The position numbers were made by a program, and so were the translations under genes. Below the pieces are notes generated by a model. It made no database searches. It had not been told where the DNA came from and saw only the letters and a program-made list of their open reading frames with translations. From positions 1 to 64,000 of the forward strand of contig KZ537973.1 of the NCBI GenBank assembly GCA_000934665.2: DNA of 64,000 bases, read 5' to 3'. Position 1 is the first letter of the stretch, and every line of letters starts with the position of its first letter. Positions 60,698 to 64,000 of the stretch are shown here, piece by piece. The stretch comes from Catajapyx aquilonaris. Taxonomy: Eukaryota.

Positions 60698-63522
60698 ATG
60701 GGTGTCACAGTGTACGTATCTGGTAGACGGGCCCGTGGTGCATCGGACCCACTCGTATGTTCCCTTCCAGGAGTCCTATTGGTGGCATGTTTTGACCCTT
60801 TTTGGTGTGACGTCCCCCATTACCTGGGTTTGTTTGCAGGGGTTGTTGCCCCCTAATGAAGGGCGAAAGGGCCCATGTGTTGTCTGTTGTGTTCTGATGT
60901 ATATTGCTGCTGGTACATGGAGAAATTGCAAGGAAACAGTGCAGGAGAACGTTTGGCACATTTAGTGATTATGATGAATATTTCATTTTAGAAGGCCTGT
61001 TGGATCAGAGAAAGAAAGGTTCAATCCTGATGGGCTGGGTGTGAAGATGTCATGCCTCCAACAACGATCCAGAGTCACATTATGCTTATTAACAGTTAAA
61101 TTTGTCATTTTCAGTTGAGTTTGGGTCAACTTATTGCGTAAACAATGTTACTAATTTTTTAAAGGACTTTACTGACATGTGCGCAATGAAGTCTTTTCAA
61201 AGTAACTCAAAATCAAAATTTTTATAGCTATTCAAAAGTTGGTGTAACTGAAATAAGTTGCTTTATTGACCAACGACGGACATTTCAAAGTGCAAGTCAC
61301 TGATTTTCTTCAAGCATTGTAGAGAAGTAGTCCACCTTCAGAAACATTCAATAACTACAGTAAAATCTCGATGTAATGCTCCCGCATAAAATGCTTTCCC
61401 ACTTTTTCCGGTCCCCTGATAATTTCCATAAGGTAAATTTTTTCCGCATATAATGCTACTTTTGGGCGGTCCCTTGAAGAGTGTTATATCGAAGTTTTAG
61501 TGTATACCAAAAAAAGCTACACATGAAGAATATTGTTTTAAAACAGTATGGCATTATGGGAGAGGCCAGCTTTGAAATTTTGACTGATACAAAATATATT
61601 TTTAATGCATTTCTTGACAATTTGTATTCATCTAGACTACAAATTGTGAATCCAGTTTTGGTTTCCTAACATGAGTTGTGCGTAAAAACTAAAAAGTAAA
61701 ATTACTTGTCCTGGACCAAATGAGTACAGGAAGTCCCTGTTTTATGAATGACCTGACTTATGACGTTCTGTATTTACAAACGGGTTCCCAAGGTTCCCCA
61801 TAAGAATCATTTATAATTATCCCTCCACTCTAAATCACTTCTGCATATGTTGACTGACAACAACTTTGCATAAATGCTGCATAATTAAGATATTACTTTT
61901 GCGCATGGCATAAGCGGTTTACATTATTCAAATATTGCCATACATGAGCTGTTCAATAGGTGTCAGAGTTATGGACAAATCTGACTTATGAACATTCTCA
62001 GGAACATAAAACCCTGTTTGTAGACCCGGGACTGTCTGTAATGTCCTGCATTGATGCTATGAATGTCAGGTTACTGACTCAGCAATGCAATCGTGATTAT
62101 TTTGCTAAGTATGTGTTGAAAGCTAACCTTGCACATTCCTACCCTTATCCATGATTACCGTATTTACGCGCATATAAGACGCACACGCGTGTAAGACGCA
62201 CCCCGGTTTTGAGGCGAAAAATCGTGGAAAATTGGTTGTTGACTTATATAAGACGCACCCAGATTTATTGCTGTAGTTGGGGAACTGGCCTTGAGCTGCC
62301 GGCAGCAACCTCATGTGCAATGCATGTGCATGTGGAATCCATTAGAATCCAGTAAAAAGGGGGGGCAAGTGGAAAATGGGACAATGCTATGCATCTGAAA
62401 GGTATAGGTGGCAAGGTCACACCGGAATTGTGCACGTGTGTGGACGATTTCTCACGGGTTTCACCCATTGTGCCCTGCCGTATAAGATGCACACCCGTAT
62501 AAGACGCACCCTACTTTTTGAGCTACAAAAATCGGAAAAAAGGTGCGTCTTATATGCGCGTAAATACGGTATATCCAAGCATAGAATCCCACTGATATTC
62601 ACTGTACTCCCGATTATCTGGGTGTGGATTGTCCATGTTTCGGACGATCCGTGAATGACTAAAACAAAGAAAAGTCAGAAAAAACGTCAAATTTTCTCAC
62701 AAATAAAGAAATCTAATACTTTTTTCAGAAGACAAACTAAAAATTTATGGAAATTTTTCTAATTTCAATTTAATATTATTTAAATCAGAATACAGTATGC
62801 ACCATGGTTCATTAAAAACCTGTGAATAGATAATTTATGGCATCTAGAACCATATATCTGTGTTTTCAGATTAAAAATTCATTTCTATGGGCAGCACACT
62901 CATGCTAAGAACCCAAAATTGTGTGCAGGTATACCTCGCTATTATGGTGGGTTAGGTTCTACAGGTTCTGTAGGCTGCTGCTGTGTAGTAAATTTGTGTG
63001 CTGTGCCCCCAAAAAAAGATCCAAAAGTAAAAATCTGGAATCAATTTTCAAATGTTACCATTCACTGCATTACTAATAAAATGGGGCTGATATTTCCTCT
63101 GCGACGAAGTGGCGGGAGTCGGGGTGGAGGCACTGGTTGCAAGACTTGGGGAAAAGCATGGAAGACATTGTGCTGTTATTTGACATACCACTTTCACCCC
63201 TGAGGAGAATTGCAAAAACTTCTGCTGTCGATCTGAACTAACTTTTTCACACTGTGGTTTTAAATATACCAGCTCTTTTCAATTGCTAAGTTGCCATCAC
63301 GCTGTCTTGGTACAAACTCCCCACTGCTTGCAATGGCTCTAACAAGCAGTACTGCAATTTCTGTTTTCTTTTGGAACAGGTTACAACCATTTCCTATTTC
63401 GGAAAACCGAACAGGTCCTCAGACAGTGGACTTCCTGACCAAGCGTATTATGGCACTGGGAGCTGCGCAAAGCGGACAGTTTTTAGTGGACTGTGAGACC
63501 TACGTGTCAGTCCCCAACTTGG
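60698..63522 (+). CDS. MED20: Mediator complex subunit 20, first two coding exons (gene continues past the window)
   Basis: Exons 60698-60711 and 63380-63522 splice to MGVTVLQPFPISENRTGPQTVDFLTKRIMALGAAQSGQFLVDCETYVSVPNL, which matches the MED20 N-terminus as I recall it (MGVT...LGA...G.F.VDCET). Confidence 0.88.
61358..61502. mobile_element. pogo/Tigger-type MITE
   Basis: TA-CAGTAAAATCTCGATGTAA ... TTATATCGAAGTTTTAGTG-TA imperfect TIRs. Confidence 0.7.
61727..62038. mobile_element. pogo/Tigger-type MITE
   Basis: TA-CAGGAAGTCCC ... GGGACTGTCTG-TA, with internal CTGACTTATGA repeats near both ends. Confidence 0.7.
62158..62569. mobile_element. pogo-like MITE with perfect TIRs
   Basis: TA-CCGTATTTACGCGCATATAAGACGCAC ... 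GTGCGTCTTATATGCGCGTAAATACGG-TA, with repeated TAAGACGCAC subterminal motifs. Confidence 0.9.
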
Positions 63523-63683
63523 GTAAGTACCATAAAACATCTAATGCCATTTATGTAGCTTGAGCACTTTACAGATCTGAGGAAAAATGAGTTGGTGACA
63601 TGAGTTGAATGAGAAGCATATGCTGATTACACTTTTCCTGTGGGTACATTAAGAAGTCAAGAAATAGCAATTTAATATAAATA

Positions 63684-63745
63684 CAGTAGAACCCCGATTA
63701 TCCACCCTATGAATATCCGTCTCCTTGGCATATCCAACTGCCCCA
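63684..63745 (+). mobile_element. Left end of a Tigger-like element
   Basis: TA-CAGTAGAACCCCGATTATCC; no matching right end seen in the window. Confidence 0.45.
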
Positions 63746-63924
63746 CTCCTCCGCTCCAGTATATAGAACGGCATCCTACTTCAACACATATTGGCATTTT
63801 TTTGGTTAAAGTAGTGGAGAGATTTACTTTTTTAAAAATAATAATAGATACCCCGTGATAAGCGTTCTTGGGCTTTTTAGGGGATCATCTTTTTAAGTGA
63901 CTGACTTTAATCATTGCCTTTGCT

Positions 63925-64000
63925 GTGATGGATTTTGATATTGGGAGGAAATTGGAGAACCCCGAGAAAACCCACGTGAACACAGAGAGAACCCATCGAA
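63925..64000 (-). mobile_element. SINE fragment
   Basis: GGGAGGAAATTGGAGAACCCGAGAAAACCCACGTGAACACAGAGAGAAC resembles the antisense core of widespread metazoan tRNA-derived SINEs. Confidence 0.55.

Noticed and set aside
60838..60965. Possible extra MED20 exon after TTTGCAG
   Set aside because: Exons 1 and 2 already join into a contiguous MED20 N-terminus, and this segment shows no similarity.
1..64000. Prokaryotic systems (CRISPR, operons, defence islands)
   Set aside because: Spliceosomal introns, C2H2 arrays and MED20 show the window is eukaryotic, and no repeat-spacer array is present.

Overview
Eukaryotic, intron-containing DNA, most likely from an arthropod and plausibly a crustacean (inferred from divergent ionotropic receptors, DRE promoter motifs and an animal-type urocanase). 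The window holds six divergent ionotropic-receptor (IR) genes, four of them intronless close paralogs. It also holds four THAP-domain genes: two are THAP plus C2H2-array fusions, and two are multi-THAP genes built from repeated, phase-compatible exon modules that keep only two-finger stubs. Other genes are two dual-CRD C-type lectins, tRNA-Ser(CGA), urocanate hydratase and the 5' part of MED20, along with many non-autonomous DNA transposons and LINE remnants. About 16.8-44.1 kb is one large inverted segmental duplication centred on a THAP-ZNF gene. The most interesting candidate system is the THAP-ZNF family: an atypical THAP exon joined to variable zinc-finger arrays, apparently mutually exclusive upstream THAP exons, and shuffled exon modules. 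All gene models were spliced by eye from GT-AG sites and phase consistency; none has transcript support.
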